Part shown: in pieces, positions 1 through 14,316 of the stretch | How positions within the stretch are numbered: the stretch's first letter is position 1 | How the letters are laid out: each line of letters opens with the position of its first letter | Origin: Hamiltosporidium tvaerminnensis FI-OER-3-3 | Taxonomy: Eukaryota; Fungi; Microsporidia | Direction: 5' to 3' | Length of the DNA stretch: 64,000 nt | Assembly: GCA_022605425.2 (NCBI GenBank) | Contig: JAKIMF020000007.1 | Coordinates: 806,001-870,000, forward strand | The notes under the pieces: model-generated | What the model saw: only the letters and a program-made list of their open reading frames with translations | What the model was told of the DNA's origin: nothing | Databases searched by the model: none | Made by a program: the position numbers and the translations under genes

Positions 1-3000
1 TTATGTAACGATTAGATATTTCCTGGTATTAGATGAAATTATAATAAATTATTAATTAGCCCATTATAATATTGATAAATAGTCAAATTTGTATATAACG
101 ATCAACAAAATATTTTGTTACTATTAAAGTAATATTTCTTAAATTTTTGGGCCTTCTTTTGAGTATATCATGATAAATAATCTATTCTTTGAAAAAATAT
201 TTCCTATATATGTATATAAATAAATGTTGATAGTGTGTTATATGATTTCTTAAATACCTTTATTTTTGCATATTCTAATATTGTTTTGCTAAGTAATCGG
301 TATATTTTTTTCATTATGAGTGTGATACAATTTGTTTAAAGAAACTATATGTACCTTTTAAAAATTATATAAAAAATTAAGAAATCCTTGCTTCGTGACA
401 TCATATTTATATAACAAATACTATATTTAAACTATCATATAAAAACCTTGCCTGTCACGATTTGATTCTAATAATAATGATTTCTTTTTAAAACAGGAAC
501 TCTTCTTCTAGATATCAAATACCTCTTCGGAGTCATTTAGCAAAAAGCACACCAAATGAATACTTTCCTGGTTTTTCAGCAATGAATATAATTTGTTGTG
601 CCAAAAATGAAATGTGATGCTATCGAAGTTCATTATATACCATATTAGATTAAAACTTTACTTATAAAAAGTGATGATTCACTACAAAAAAAGCCAAATA
701 ATAATTCTTAAGATATATCAAGCTTACAGATACAAATTTATCTTTTTTATGTAAATAACACTATAATAATTTTTTTCTCTAGACAAATTGGTAAATTTTT
801 CAAAAACTATTGCATCAACTGAACAGATAGGCTTGTTATCTCTTGTAGTGCGACGTGATAAGTATTATAAACGACTCATATTACATGATCGTACCGAATA
901 GAATCGGTGTATTCAGATAAAATGATTTCCAGAGCTCATTAAATTCATATATAGCATGTTTTATAGTTGCAGGAAAACCCTTTTTCTATATTTTACTTTT
1001 TTTAGTGCAAAGTACGATCTTATAGCAAAGTATTTATAATAAAATATGAAAGTTTTCTGAAACTAAGTATATTATGTTGTGTTCTTCTAAGAATTGGCTT
1101 CGATATTAAATATTTGTCGCTAGAATAAGATGCTTTAGATTTAATAAATTTTCAACTAATTGGTACCTTTTTATTTGTATTTCATAACTAAGTTTCCTAT
1201 CTATACTATATGAGCGCTTAAAACGGTTTATAATAATTTAATGCAAAAAAAAAAAACGATTTTAAAAATTTATTGTAATATTTAACGATGCTAATTCTAC
1301 TTTTCGCTATAAAAATAAATAAAAAAATATAAAGAATAATTATGAATGGCATAAAAGTCACGATAACTTGTTTTAATTTTTTCGATCATGATATTTTCCG
1401 TACTCTTGATATGAAATTTTATAATTTGCGTTTCTGGCTATAAAAAGTTTAGAACCAATCATTTTGATATGAATTTTAGATATATAATGGAAAAAACAAG
1501 ATTTTTAAAACGAAAACTCCGTCTTATTTAATATGTGCTTCTTTTTAGATTGTACGGTATTTAGTATTAGGATAAGCTTGTTATAGGTTCTTTATAGCGC
1601 TTCCTTCAATCTAGTCCTCTCTGTCGCATAAATGACAAAAATCTCACTTTTTGTTTCTCTTTTTTGAACAGAATTATTTTGCCTTTTATCATTGAATTTA
1701 ACATGTGAAACGTATAGTTGTTTTGTTTATTTCCGCATGTCTTTTCAACATAATATGAATATTATATGTATATTTACATGAAAAAAACTGTTTATTGCAT
1801 TATGTGATAGTTCTACGATTCAATACATTTTAAAACACTATGAAGGGTTGTACGTGTCTCTAAATAAATTATAGACACAATATTCCATAATACCGAACTA
1901 AAAAAAATCTATAATATCTAAATTTATCAATTAAACAAAATACTGTTTTAAATTTTAGTAGAAACTACCAAAATTTTTGAATAAAATCCTTTTTTTAAAT
2001 GCATTTCATTAGCTTTCATTTTGTTATGTTAATTTATACGCTCATAACTAACATTCTTGAATAATTTTAAATATTAAGGGCTTAAAACCCTTTAAAAATG
2101 TATTTAAAAATTTAGATTCACTTTGATACTTTATTAACTTTAAAACTTCAAATTCAAGATGAAAAATTTTCCAAACTACCTTTCAAGAAATCTTTTGATA
2201 AGTAATTGGTTTATGTTTAACATACATTTGCTTTACATTGATGGTTAGATTATGATAAATTGCTTTTAATTTCTAAAACCCTTCTCATTAAATCTTGAGA
2301 AGTTTAAACAGTTTGTTTATTTCTATGTTTGATTGTCTCGATAAATACAAACATTCTAAAACACATTAGCGCTTCAGAAAATTTCCGTGGCGTTTTATAA
2401 TGTGTTCTATCTATCTGGTCTCCAAAATTATGAATTTTGTAATTTCATCGAAAAATCGATAAAGAAATTGCAAGGTTTTAATAAAATTTTCTAACAAAGA
2501 AGGTATATTTTTTTTTCATACTTTATGAGTCTATTTATATGTTTTCTGCATATATATTTACTATGTGATGTGATATTCAATAAACATACTTCGACCTTTA
2601 AAATTGTAACTTTACTTAAGTTTTAGCTTTAATGTCATCTAGTTTTACCCTCAACTTGAATTTTGAAATATATGGCATATGGAATGTAACGAATGAGCTA
2701 TTTCTAACCATAATGCCTATTCTGCTTTTTTCGCTTAATTTTTCTAAAGACTTGTCTTTTATTAAAGTAAGGGGGACACGTTTTCTTAATTAGTCTATTC
2801 ATAGAGACTTTGCATGATGATGCAGACAACAAACAGTTTTTCGCAATTATAATTGTTAAGATTAGGATTATGCATTTGATTCAAGCCGCAAAACTTTCCG
2901 ATAAATAAGTAAATACGTCGAGTAGCAGCGAGCTAGGATATATAAACTAGTTATTTCATACTTAGCTAGGATATTAAATATTTCGGATTTTAGGTATTAA

Positions 3001-3158
3001 AATTAGGTAATAACTATATATGAAAAAATAAATTGTCTCAAAAATTAAAATTGTCAGATTACCTTTATAAATATTCTTTTATGTACTTTTTCTAAAAAAA
3101 TTGTTGTATTAAAGTAAAAAAAAACAAAAAGAATTTAAAAATTGATTTATTGTATTTA

Positions 3159-3668
3159 TCAAATATATAAATGGCTCAATCTTTCCTTGGGATCACTTAT
3201 CCCTTCCCATCTTTTTTTCCTTTTATTCTTGTGTACATTGCCTTTTTCGTTCTTAACTTGCCTTTTAATTAATTTGGTGTTTTGAATCGAAGAATAATTG
3301 TTTAAACAACTCACACTATCGTTTTTAGTATCATTTTTAAAGATTTTTTTTGGATCATTTGCACATTTTTCATCACCACAATTATCATAAACATAAACTT
3401 GCACCTTTTCTACGTAAACCGGTGCTTCTTTTATTTTGTGGAAATCATTATCCATACCTTCTTTAAAAGGTAAGCCTAGACAAATTCTTTGTCTAGCTTC
3501 ATTTTTGACAATAAAACGAGGCTCACTATTGGAATTTTTTGCAGGTTTTGTATCATTGAGCTTCCAATGATCATCAACAACCTTCAGTGTGTTGACATTA
3601 CTTGGTTGATCATTTTTTGGATTTGCTATATTTTCCCAAAATTTAATTAGATCTTTTACGCTTTTCAT
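3159..3668 (-). CDS. hypothetical Lys/Asn-rich protein (possibly a 5'-degraded gene)
   Basis: 169-aa ORF in AT-rich DNA; no recognisable motif; no clear CCC motif at this ATG. Confidence 0.45.
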   Translation of the reverse strand: MKSVKDLIKFWENIANPKNDQPSNVNTLKVVDDHWKLNDTKPAKNSNSEPRFIVKNEARQRICLGLPFKEGMDNDFHKIKEAPVYVEKVQVYVYDNCGDEKCANDPKKIFKNDTKNDSVSCLNNYSSIQNTKLIKRQVKNEKGNVHKNKRKKRWEGISDPKERLSHLYI

Positions 3669-4599
3669 TGTTTATTTGTATTTTTCAAACATAAATACTT
3701 TTAATATTGTTCTCGAACACTTTTGGAATTTCTTTTTGATGATCAGATATCAGTATAACAAAACAAAAAAAGAACAATTATATGTTCTTTTATAAATAAT
3801 TCATATTTTTTGATTTTTTGAAAGGTATTTGGTAATAAAATGCAGCTTAAGTTATTTTATGCTCAAATATCGTTTTTAATCTAAAGTTTAATTAATAAAA
3901 ATTTGAATTTAAATCTTCTTTAAAGAATATGAAAATCAACATAGAATGGATTTATTTGGCTTTAAACATTTTATCCTCACGAATTAAATACTAAAATTAA
4001 AAATTCGTACTTGCAAAAGAATATGAAATTTAAACATTAACATTAACAAATAAAATCATAAATTTATTTTTATAGATTTAATCAGATTTATGAAACAACT
4101 TGAAACAAAATCATCATTATTGATTATTTGATCTCTTTTGTATACAATAAACACATTCATGTAAAATAGTATTGTGTAATTAAGATTATATGTATTTAAA
4201 GTATTATATAAAAACCCAATAAATTTTAAATAATTACATTTGAATATTTATTTTAAAAAGCAAGTTAAAATGGAATAATTCAGCTCTAAATATACAAAGT
4301 AATAATATAAAAATGTATCAACTTTAAAAGATATTTCCATATTAATTAAATGTAGTTGAAGCATATTTTTTTATTAGATTGAAGCCATAAAATAAGAATT
4401 TCAATTGAAATTTCTAATTTAGATATAAATTTATTTAATGAAACCAATTAAATTGAAATTGGGGAATATCAAATAAATTCATAGTTAAAGAAATATTCTT
4501 GAGGAATTGAAACAATGTTTTCCTTTTAAAACCTCGTAATATTTATTGCAAATTTTTAATTTTATTATTCTATTCAGTAATTTAATTTTATTACATCTT

Positions 4600-5880
4600 A
4601 AATATCTATTTCCTCTTGATATTCCAAATAGATCTTTGGTCTTCTATGTTTTTACAAAAAATCAAGGTTTTAAGATCGATACTTTCGTGTTAGACATTTT
4701 AAACTCAGATACTTATAATTCAATGTTTTACATTTTTTGTTTAGATTTAAATGATTTTATAAAATGCATTGATGCTTTTTCTGGATATTCTGCGACATTC
4801 TGTATTAGCTAATATCTTGGTTGCGTGTAAAATATATACTAAATATCTACTTTTATAGGGTTATCAATCATTTAAACTAATTGATGAACTGGCATTTTAG
4901 TTATTTATAATACTTACTGGGGAATTTGTGATAAAACCTCTTGATATCTACATATAGGAGGATCTACAGGTATTTATTTATAAAAAAATGCCTTGGAATT
5001 CAGCTATTTAGAATAATTTCTTGGTTTTTATATTTTTTTGGTATCGAAAATTTAAGAAGATTTTTAGGTCCAATTTTGTCAACTACAAGTATAATTCTCT
5101 TTAATTTCCTTTTAACCATCTTTATATCAAATTGATCGATTTGAAGTTTTTCAGCGATTTTTATTTTTGCTGTCCCTCTTGTTTAGCATACTGAGTTTAT
5201 ATGATTTCTTAAAATGTGTTATCGGATTAAATTTTTTAAATCTAGATTTATTTATTCTGATAAAAGTGAAAAACCTATTCAATCAACTATTTTTGTATGT
5301 TTTGTTCGGCTATATATTTTCCAGTTGGATTGCTAGATTCTAATATATCTCGGCAATGACCTGAAGAATTTACGATTTTTTTTCATTTTTGAACAATATG
5401 TTATCTTGGATGTAGCAATTGCTCCTTATATTTAGCTGGATATATTATTAATAGTAAATACCTGGCTTTGTTCCCATTCTGTAAAACTGAATATTAGATT
5501 TTAGATTTATCATTAATATTCGTTTATTGTGCTTCTTTACACTTTTTTGTTTAGATTTCTTTTGTTCCCTTTCTGGGCCTAAAAACCGTTTATATGCACA
5601 AGATTTTCTATACATTTCTTATTCTTTATGATTCTAACTTTATAATCCTATTTTTTTTGCTTTTCTAAAGCTATTTTAGAATTTCCATAGGTATTTGTTA
5701 AGACTGGATGATGAGAGGATAAACTTATAAAAAACTATCTGTTTGGCGATGGATATGTTTGATTGGTGCGAAGATAATTGCTTCTTTTTGTGGGATACAA
5801 ACCGGACTGGATCTTTAGGTCAATCTTCTATAATCCCGAGTTACAATAGATAAAAAAAAAGCAATTGAAAATTTCATTTG
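4600..5880 (-). pseudogene. probable highly decayed retroelement pol-like remnant
   Basis: Coding-like composition broken by many stops and frameshifts; only vague RT-like fragments by eye; boundaries approximate. Confidence 0.25.
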
Positions 5881-7210
5881 TTCATCCTCGACACTAAGAA
5901 GTAAAAGAGAAATGAAATAACAAAGTATGTATAAAGACTTCAAAATATATTCTAAATACTATATATATTCCGTGTTTGCTAATATAAAATATAAATTACA
6001 TATAAAATAAGTAAATGTGTCATCTATTGATATACTATATGAATAAATTGTTCGACACTGACTATTAAAAAATTGTAAGATTCTCTTGTTATTGAATGCT
6101 AAACCATATTTTAGTATCGTTGAATTTATTGGACTAAAGTGAATTTTTCAATATATCTTTAAATGGTCAAAGACTCGTTGTACTTATATTATTTAAGACA
6201 TCTGTTTTTTAGACTTTACTTTTTTGTTTTAAGAAATTTTTTCATTCGAACTTTGTTGTAAAAAATATGTTTTCATAGATGAATAGCATATTTTTATTTC
6301 TTCGGGCTTCGGAAAAATTTTTCAATTTTCGAAGAAACAGACCAACAATATATCGATTACTATATATTTAAAATTGATAATTTTATTATAAGAATAAATG
6401 TAAAAATATATTAATTTCACTCTGTTAATATCATTGTTAGTTAAAAAAAATGTTATTTATTTATTTACTTTTAAAATATATTTTGGTTTTTTCAAAAATG
6501 TTAAATGAATTTGTTTGATAAATAAACTATATCGAAATTTATTAATGTTACTTAATAAGTAAAAAAGAAATGAAGTAATGATATTCATTATATATTGGTA
6601 TTAATATTTTAAAAAATGCAGATAAATCTACTGCCTTAAAATCAAATATAAATTTGTTTTTTCTCACTGTTTTGAGTTGATTTTCCTTGTAAACTTCATA
6701 AAATTATTTGATTTTTCAAAAAGATTAAATTTGAGATCAAAATTGTTTTTTCTATATTATATGTTGATCAAATGAAATAGGGGGGGGGGGTTAGGCAAGC
6801 TTTAAGTTACTGTAACCAATGATTTATATATCTACGACGAAAAGTATCTTTAAAGAATATAAAATATTTTCATAAAGTAATAATTATAGAATTTAATTTG
6901 AGAAACCATGAAAATTTACTTTCTTTCTGTTTGATAATACAAATTTCATAATTAAAAAAATAAATCAAAATACATATTAAGAGTCTTTCTTAAAGGTTTT
7001 TGTAATCCAATTCTTTGTTTATCAGTTTAGCTTTAATTGTTTCAATTACATCTAATCCTTTAATTTTTAAAGTTAACTTAATATAAAATTTTGGAGTGCA
7101 TGTGCATTCAGGTAAAATAACTGAAAAAAACAATTTTAACTATTTTGAAAATATTCCTACCTATATTATCGAATATACTGGCTTTAAAATTCATTTTATT
7201 CTTAATATTT

Positions 7211-8824
7211 TTTATTTAATAAAATTCTGGGTTAAAATATTTTTCACGTTTTTATATGTTTTCTTCTACCTCTTTAACCACTGCTGTCTCTTCTTCCAAA
7301 TCCGACTCTTCTTTATGTTATTGTTCGGTTCCTCTAAAGTGGTTCCTTCTTGTGAAATAAGGGGTGTATTATTTTTTGGTTTTAAAATTTTAACACCATC
7401 TTCCTCTCTTTTCGCTTCTTTTAAAGGGGGTATTGGTTCCTCATGCATCTCTGATCTCATAATAACACCCATTGACGCTCTCTCCCAGCTCTCTTCGGCA
7501 TTTAGTCCTGACTCAAGTCCTCTTCGTCGATCAAAGGAAATTGTTTCGACTGTCTTCTTAAGTACTATAGACTGACTGTATGCCTCTACGTTCATGGGTA
7601 TTTCTAGCCTTTTAAGATGAGATTTATGGTATTTTGTCACAATACCGTTCCAGGTCATCACATAAGGGATTATCTCAACACTACACTTATAAACAAGACC
7701 CAACTCATTGGCTAGCAGGTCATACTTCCTAAGTTTTTCAGTTTTGACTATTTGAAGTGAATCTTGGGAAGTGATTCCTACTTCAATGAGTGTTATCTTA
7801 TTCTTCTTCTTATCTAAAATTTATATTTCGGGTCTGTTATTCCGAATTGTAACATCAGTTTTAATTCTGGTGTCCACTCTTATCTCCGCATACTCATTAT
7901 CAAGAATTTCTTGAACTGAGTGACTCCTAATTCGTTTTGAGGACTTAAACTTATATCTATTTAGGAGAAGTAAGTGTAGGCATCATACCACTCATTATGC
8001 CGTCTGGTGTAGTCATGGCCTAGCATTTTTTCACATCGAGTTGCTAGATGATCTACAGTCTGACCAGACTTCCCGCAATGTTGACATACCCCATCTGCTC
8101 CCCAGAATACATTTCTATCCTGGATATAGCAGAACACAGCTTCATTTCGTGGCCTAATATTTCCTCTCTTTAGCCATCTTGAAGAGTCACTAACACTCAC
8201 AAGCTCATTTTTTCTTGCATAATATAACTTTGAAGGAAGTTTTCGTTTTTCTATTTCATTGCATAGTTTTGCAAGTTGAGCTTCTTCTAAACTTTTCTTA
8301 GTGACTTCTTCTACCAACCTGTACTTTACTTTTAAGAAGCCTTTTATTAGTGCAAGATGGGTTTTATTATTATTCTCCACCTCGAGGATTGCTGCTCATT
8401 TAGTTGATATTTCTTTACTTTTTCCAGACAATCCAAGAGTTGCAGAAGCATATGTTCGCTTTGCAACGTAACACTATGTAAACCTTTTCCAAGTTCTTTA
8501 CCTAAAAGTATAGGCGTTTTTTACATCCTGGGCGTAGATGAATTTTGTTCTCTGCTAACACTACCGCACTGGATCATCTAACTTTGAGAAGTTCGCCAGC
8601 TCAAGTCGAAGTACTCCTATGTGATAGTTCGTTATTGATATCGCATGTTGTTCAATTGCAGAAAATATTTTTTTTGCATTCTATCTAGTGTGACAAAGTC
8701 TTTCAACTCTTGCTATCAATTTGCTTTGTACTTCTTCAAATGAGCTACGTGTTGGAATTCCTCTGCTATCTTCTATTATCCCTAAATATTTGTAAACACT
8801 AACACCTTCTAGAAGAGTAGCAGT
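7211..8824 (-). mobile_element. 5'-truncated, frameshifted copy of the R4/Dong-like RLE non-LTR retrotransposon
   Basis: ORF fragments 8681-8875, 7961-8380 and 7266-7703 are near-identical to the C-terminal part of 30133-33894 (TATLLEGVSVYKYLG, CQHCGKSG..HLATRC, RRHNE, PYVMTW); same 3' terminus TTTTAACCCAGAATTT(T/A)ATTAAATAAA at ~7211-7240; homology stops at ~8824. Confidence 0.93.
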
Positions 8825-9439
8825 GTTAAGTGAAAATAAATGTTTATATACTTTTAATTTTATTTTTCCCTCCAAATTTTTTTATCGTAATCAATTTTAA
8901 AAAAAAAACCATTTCGCTTTATCTTAACATTTTTTAGTTTTAAAATAATACATATTTAAAAAAAAGGAAATTAAATTAAATCCGCTTTTTTACGCCCTTT
9001 AAATAGTTCTTTTTTCACCATTAAAGTTTTTGAATTCTACCATATTATTATTAAAAATATTTGTTACTGTAGAGAAGAATCATCATAAGCAGAATCAAAC
9101 GGAGTGAGTTTAGTCTTTGTATTCATGTCAAAATTTTATCCAAACCTTATCATCAAAAAAATGATTTCTGTTTGGTTTATTTGAAGCTCTAATTTCTATG
9201 ATTCTTTTTTTATTTTTCAAAATATTTACATACTTCTGTACTGTTTTCTATATTCTTATCAATTTCAGAAGAGTAGTTGTTGAAGGTGAAACAAGATATC
9301 TAGGCTCATTTAATTTATTATATATTTCAGAGGCAATTTCTAAATTCCACTGTGTATATCCTGGATCATTTTTTCTTGCTTTAATACCTTGGAACTAATT
9401 GCGTCGACGAATACTGAATAATCTTTTGGTTTCTTTGTT

Positions 9440-9700
9440 CCTATACCACCAAAAAGAAGATTATAAGTTCAGGTTGACCATCAAAAGGTTGAAATGATGA
9501 TTTATTTGTGCCACTGTGTATTGTCTTATTATAAGCCGAATAACATCATCACAAAAACCGATCTATCTTTTTGTATCAGTGAAATATAACTCTTTTTGCT
9601 TGCTATCTTTTAATGTTTGATTCATCTGTTCAATCTGTCCCGGAGCCTATAGATTATGTGGTCTTACATGTATTTTTTTAATATTAAGAGCGGTTAAGTA
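9440..9700 (-). pseudogene. decayed retroviral-type integrase fragment (Ty3/gypsy or Ginger-like)
   Basis: Minus strand reads VRPHNL*APGQIEQMNQTLK and SAYNKTIHSG, matching integrase-core motifs (PYHPQSxGxxERxNxTLK; YNxxxHS). Confidence 0.6.
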
Positions 9701-10356
9701 TATTTCAGTCATTCATTTTGAAATTATTCATCATTATCGGAAATAATCGCTACTATAATACCAAAATTATAATAGAAATCTATATGAATCTTCTACGGAC
9801 TGTAAAGTCTTGTAAATTGTCCTAAACTACCAGAAATGCGTTGTATAAGTGTCTATTATGTTTCAAGTCAGCTAATCCCACCATTTTAATATGCGTATCT
9901 TCTAAGATCTACACAATGAATCATAAATAAATATATTTTTTTTGCAAATTTATTCATTGGTAGAGTCATTTGCTCGGAATTTGTTTCCTTAAAACATGTT
10001 ATTGCTTTATAAAACATTTATTCAGTCTATAATATCAAACAATAGCAAGCTGTAAAACTTTGCAGTAAGACTATTTTATATGTATTTCCTGTGAATCGTT
10101 TAGTTTCAAAGACTATAATCTGACTATATAAATATGGAAATATCATAGGTGCAATAGAAAGTGAAGTAAATATGAAATAACCCAGAAATTATAGAATAGA
10201 AATATAATACAAATAACATATATCTATTATAAATAAAGGGTGTTATTCATATATAAAATTGTATCGGAAATAACCAAGGGTGGAAGGACATGGGGGCACA
10301 AAGGACCGTGACACTAATTAAATATATTTAAGAAAATTAAACTTATAGATAATTTT

Positions 10357-11076
10357 TGGTTGAGGGAAGATAACCTCTTAAAAAACTTTCTACTTGACAA
10401 AGAGTATGTTAAACTGATGTGAGGATTGTTGTTTGGATTTTTAGTGGAAATAAAACCACACTAGATCTTCGGTTGTTCCATAAGAATTGATGTGGGGGTG
10501 ATAGGATCTATGAAATGAGGAATTTTCTACAAATTTATTTGTATTTTTTTATGTGCATAGATTGCCGCCCACGGCTAAACATGTAGGTAATTGCTATGTA
10601 AAAACATGCGAACCTAGCGTTGCACACTCGGGTTAGAAGATTTGGCGTCTGGGAGATCTAAAATATAAACCTCAAAAGCCGGAAAAGCTAAGTAGAAGGT
10701 TATACCTTTGGTATGAGATTGCACTGTCTAGGTGGACCTCATGTAAATCTCTGAAATATATCATAGCTAGAAGTTTATTGGGTTCAAGAAGTTTAGAGTA
10801 GGTGGGGATGCTGCATAGTCTTGGAGGAGCCCAGAAGGAGGAGCTTCGATCACACTTCATGCAACGGAAATTAACGAACTCCGGGCAACTACCTCGCCTA
10901 TTAATTAGGGTTTACACACCTGTAGATGAAAGGAGTTGGGATGTAGGTATCGCAGGGGTTACCGACGGAGTATTGGGGTAGCAGTAATTTATGTTAAACC
11001 CAGAACTGTGTTAATGTCATGAAAACAAATATAACACTTGCTACTATTTTAAAAAGATGTGATACTTTTAAATAAA
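10357..11076 (+). mobile_element. ~720-bp non-coding structured dispersed repeat, copy 1 (putative SINE-like retroposon)
   Basis: Colinear along its whole length with 47106-47831 (roughly 80% by eye); GC-richer than flanks; ends TTTTAAATAAA; possible degenerate TSD aaacttatagataatttt (10339-10356) / aaactaaatgataaattt (11074-11091). Confidence 0.8.
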
Positions 11077-12680
11077 CTAAATGATAAATTTATTATTATT
11101 GAAAATATCTGTTTGTAATAAAAAAATGAAACTCAGTACAATCATCATTTACACCGAGATCTCTAAACCACTGCCTCGAAATCATCATTTATATAATTCA
11201 GTAATGTCCCGACGACGACGACTCACCTCGAAATGTTTAATTGATTAAAAAAATATAAGACACCAATGTGCGTGCTCTAATTAAAATATGTCGCTTTCTA
11301 TTTGTTCATAAATCTTATGCAACCAATAATAGTGAGTAGAAGTGAAAATAACACAATTAAAAAGATTCTATTAGATCAAAAAAATAATCGAAATATACAT
11401 TGTTAAAATCGTTGCCAGACTTTAGTACATATTAAGAATCACATGATAATTTGTTTTTTTTAATTTTCCATAAATTTCTATTTTTGAAAAAAAATTTAAC
11501 TTGATTTGTTCTGATTTCTTTTCTAAGAATTTAAAGTTGCATAAAAAATTTTATGATACAAATGATGTTTTTTTGCCGTTCTTCTGTGCAATATATTTAT
11601 ATTCTCAATAATAATTGCATAACACAAATATTACCTGAATGGTTTTATAGAACTTTATATTTGATTAAATCAAAAGATTTTTAATAAAAATGACCAAGAA
11701 TATATAGAATGAATAAATTAAATAATACAGCATATAGTTAAAAGAACAGTATTTTCAGACAAAGAAAATTCTTCATCTGAATAAATTTCTTCGAGTAAAA
11801 AGACAGAATAGAATAAAAATAGGTGGAAAGTGAACAAGCTAAACATAAAATGCCGAGCTGAAGTTCTGAAAAATTGAAAGAAAAAAATATAAAGAGGAGA
11901 ATATGCTATTAAAAAAAGATCCTAAAATGTTTTATGAGAAATTGCTTGAGAGCATCAAATAATATAAAAATGAAGAACTAAAAATATATGAAGAACAGAC
12001 TAGGTGAGAGTATAAATTTTTATGAAAAATTCTAAATAATTATGGCTCATATAGTGAAGTTTAGGATTATTTTCGGGATTTCTTTTCTTAGGAATGTAAA
12101 AGAAAGTTCGATTCTACGAACTTACGTCTAGTCGACTCATATAACAGTATAAATAATATATTTTTTACCTTCGGCAATAATCAAAGGTACATTTCGATTA
12201 ACAGTCTTCTATATTATAAACAAAACATTTAGTATTTAATTTAGAGAATTAACTTGAATATATATTGTTTTGTAGGCTGTATTTTAACACTAATTATATA
12301 AAGACCTATATAAAATTATTACTAAAGCATGCTATAGATTCGCATCATAAAGCTAAAAGAATTTAATTGTTAGCTAAAGATTTATAAAAAAATTCAATTG
12401 TTGTTACGATATGTCTAAAAGTTATAATTTATCGAAAAAAAAAATGTTAAAGAAATAGGAATAACAGATACAAAAATGAAAAAAATGAGCATTTGTATGT
12501 ATAAGAAAGCGTAACATTAAAGAAGCTAATAAATATTTTAACACAGAATTTTATTCAATAATAGAAGGAAAAATTTTAATAATAAATTATGTAGGACAAT
12601 TAATAGAGTAGGCAATTTAAAATGAAAACTTTATTTTTATTATTTACATTTACACATTCAAAAAATATTTTCGTCAATAT

Positions 12681-13301
12681 TTAGTTACCATTTAAACACA
12701 AATTTTTATTTCCACAATTGCATTTTTGTATATTGTTAGTATTTCCATATTTATAATCCATTTCAATAAATATTTCTTCACTCGGTAAAATTTCTTTTAT
12801 TGCATATAAAGCAAATCTTACAATATTTCGGTTTGCTCTTTCAGCTAAGAATTTTTTTTGATTTAAATTTTTTATTATTAATGTTTTCAATTCTACATTT
12901 GGTCTACAACTTTTTCTTATAATAGAAAAATTTTTATCTAAAACTTTTAATACCAAATTTAAATTTGGATGATAAAAGAAAGAAGAATCGTTTGTTTTTA
13001 AATCAGAAAAATTATATTTTAAATAAATTTCGCACGGAAGTTCACATATAAACGAGCCGACTTCTATATTTTCTGATGATACCACCCCTCTTCTAACTGA
13101 TATATTTTTCTTTTGATATCCTCTTGGTCGTATTTCTTTTAAAAATATTTTTTTTGGTTCTGGAAATTCATTTATAATTTTTATTCCATAATTATTGTAC
13201 TTTTTAGTAATTTCTTCTATATAATTGTTTGTTTCTTCTAAAATACCATTTTTAATTTCTATATCTGACGAAATAACTTCTGTTTTTATTCTTTTGTGCA
13301 T
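12681..13301 (-). CDS. SET-domain protein, Set3/Set4/MLL5-like
   Basis: RGVVSSENIEVGSFICE, IIRKSCRPNVE, FALYAIKEILPSEEIFIEMDY, post-SET CNCG..C; CCCCCTTTT directly before the ATG. Confidence 0.82.
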   Translation of the reverse strand: MHKRIKTEVISSDIEIKNGILEETNNYIEEITKKYNNYGIKIINEFPEPKKIFLKEIRPRGYQKKNISVRRGVVSSENIEVGSFICELPCEIYLKYNFSDLKTNDSSFFYHPNLNLVLKVLDKNFSIIRKSCRPNVELKTLIIKNLNQKKFLAERANRNIVRFALYAIKEILPSEEIFIEMDYKYGNTNNIQKCNCGNKNLCLNGN

Positions 13302-13359
13302 AAAAGGGGGATAAGTTACAAATAAAAAGAGTTTTTATTTTTATCTTAAAATTGTAATC

Positions 13360-13515
13360 AGATCAATTTCTTTGTCATTGCTTATTCTAAAAGAGATTTT
13401 CTAATTTATTCCATTCTATATAAATAATCTATTCTGTTATCAAGAGCTTATTCTAAAAGAATTTTCTTATTTTTCATTCCATATAGATAATAGATCAATT
13501 TATCAATAACTTATT
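13360..13515. repeat. degenerate ~66-bp tandem duplication upstream of the SET gene
   Basis: gcttattctaaaaga at 13380 and 13446 with similar downstream sequence. Confidence 0.55.
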
Positions 13516-14316
13516 ATGAGTCTTTTTTAAAGATTCAAACAAAAACAGAAAATGAAAAAGAACAAATAAAAAACTTCGAAACCATTTAAAAAGTCACATC
13601 GCAGCTATTTTCTTTTGTAGAATCTTAAAAAATTTTATGAAATATTTAAGGACAAAAAATCAAAAGTAATTATTTTTGATGATTCACTTTAACAGAAATA
13701 TTATCATAATACAAGATAGAGAATCAAATCGAAATAAAATTCTTTTTTAATCATATGAGTTTTTTTTTATTTTATTTTATTTTATACTAAATACTGAAAG
13801 TGTTCTTGATCTAATTTATCTTAAATAACACAGAAACAAAAGTATTAAAAGAAAATTATAAAATATTTTGACCAATTTTAGGATTTTTGCAATATTTCGG
13901 TAGAAAAAGTTTGCAAAATTTATTTTTTGTTTAGTTTAAGTAAAAAAAGATCAACAAAGCACTCAATAATATAATATTTTCTCAAAAAAATTACAATTTT
14001 GTATTCTTAATGTATTTATTAAATGCGAATTACTTTAAATAAATTATAATATATTTAAAAAGTATTTTTTGTTTTTTTTTTGAACAGCAACATCTCTTTT
14101 ATGTTTTTTGCAAAAGGTTATTTCTTGTGTTTCAGAAACTCAAATATTTATTATTAACTATTTTAATTTTTCGAAGGTTATATCAAATAGAAAAGTCTTT
14201 TGTAAATTTAATCTTCTGTTTAATCTTTATTTATATATACATCTGTAATATAAGTTTAAATAATATAAAAAAATTTGTAAATACACATTATTTTTGTAAA
14301 TTCAAGAAATGTATTT

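Noticed and set aside
4-400. tgtaacga...tcgtgaca as a solo LTR or MITE
   Set aside because: Only 8-bp imperfect termini, TSD not checkable at the window edge, and no second copy
6780-6796. G11-TTAGG as a telomeric seed or polypurine tract
   Set aside because: Single unit with no associated LTR or repeat array
7096-7575. Antisense ORFs over the LINE copies, RPN11 and EXO1 (e.g. 7096, 16878, 30437, 30588, 32514, 33570, 36489, 37086)
   Set aside because: Shadow ORFs opposite real coding sequence
10672-10860. Short ORFs in the structured element (also 47285-47626, 47177-47386) as real proteins
   Set aside because: Starts, stops and frame are not conserved between copies; the shared peptide is explained by nucleotide homology
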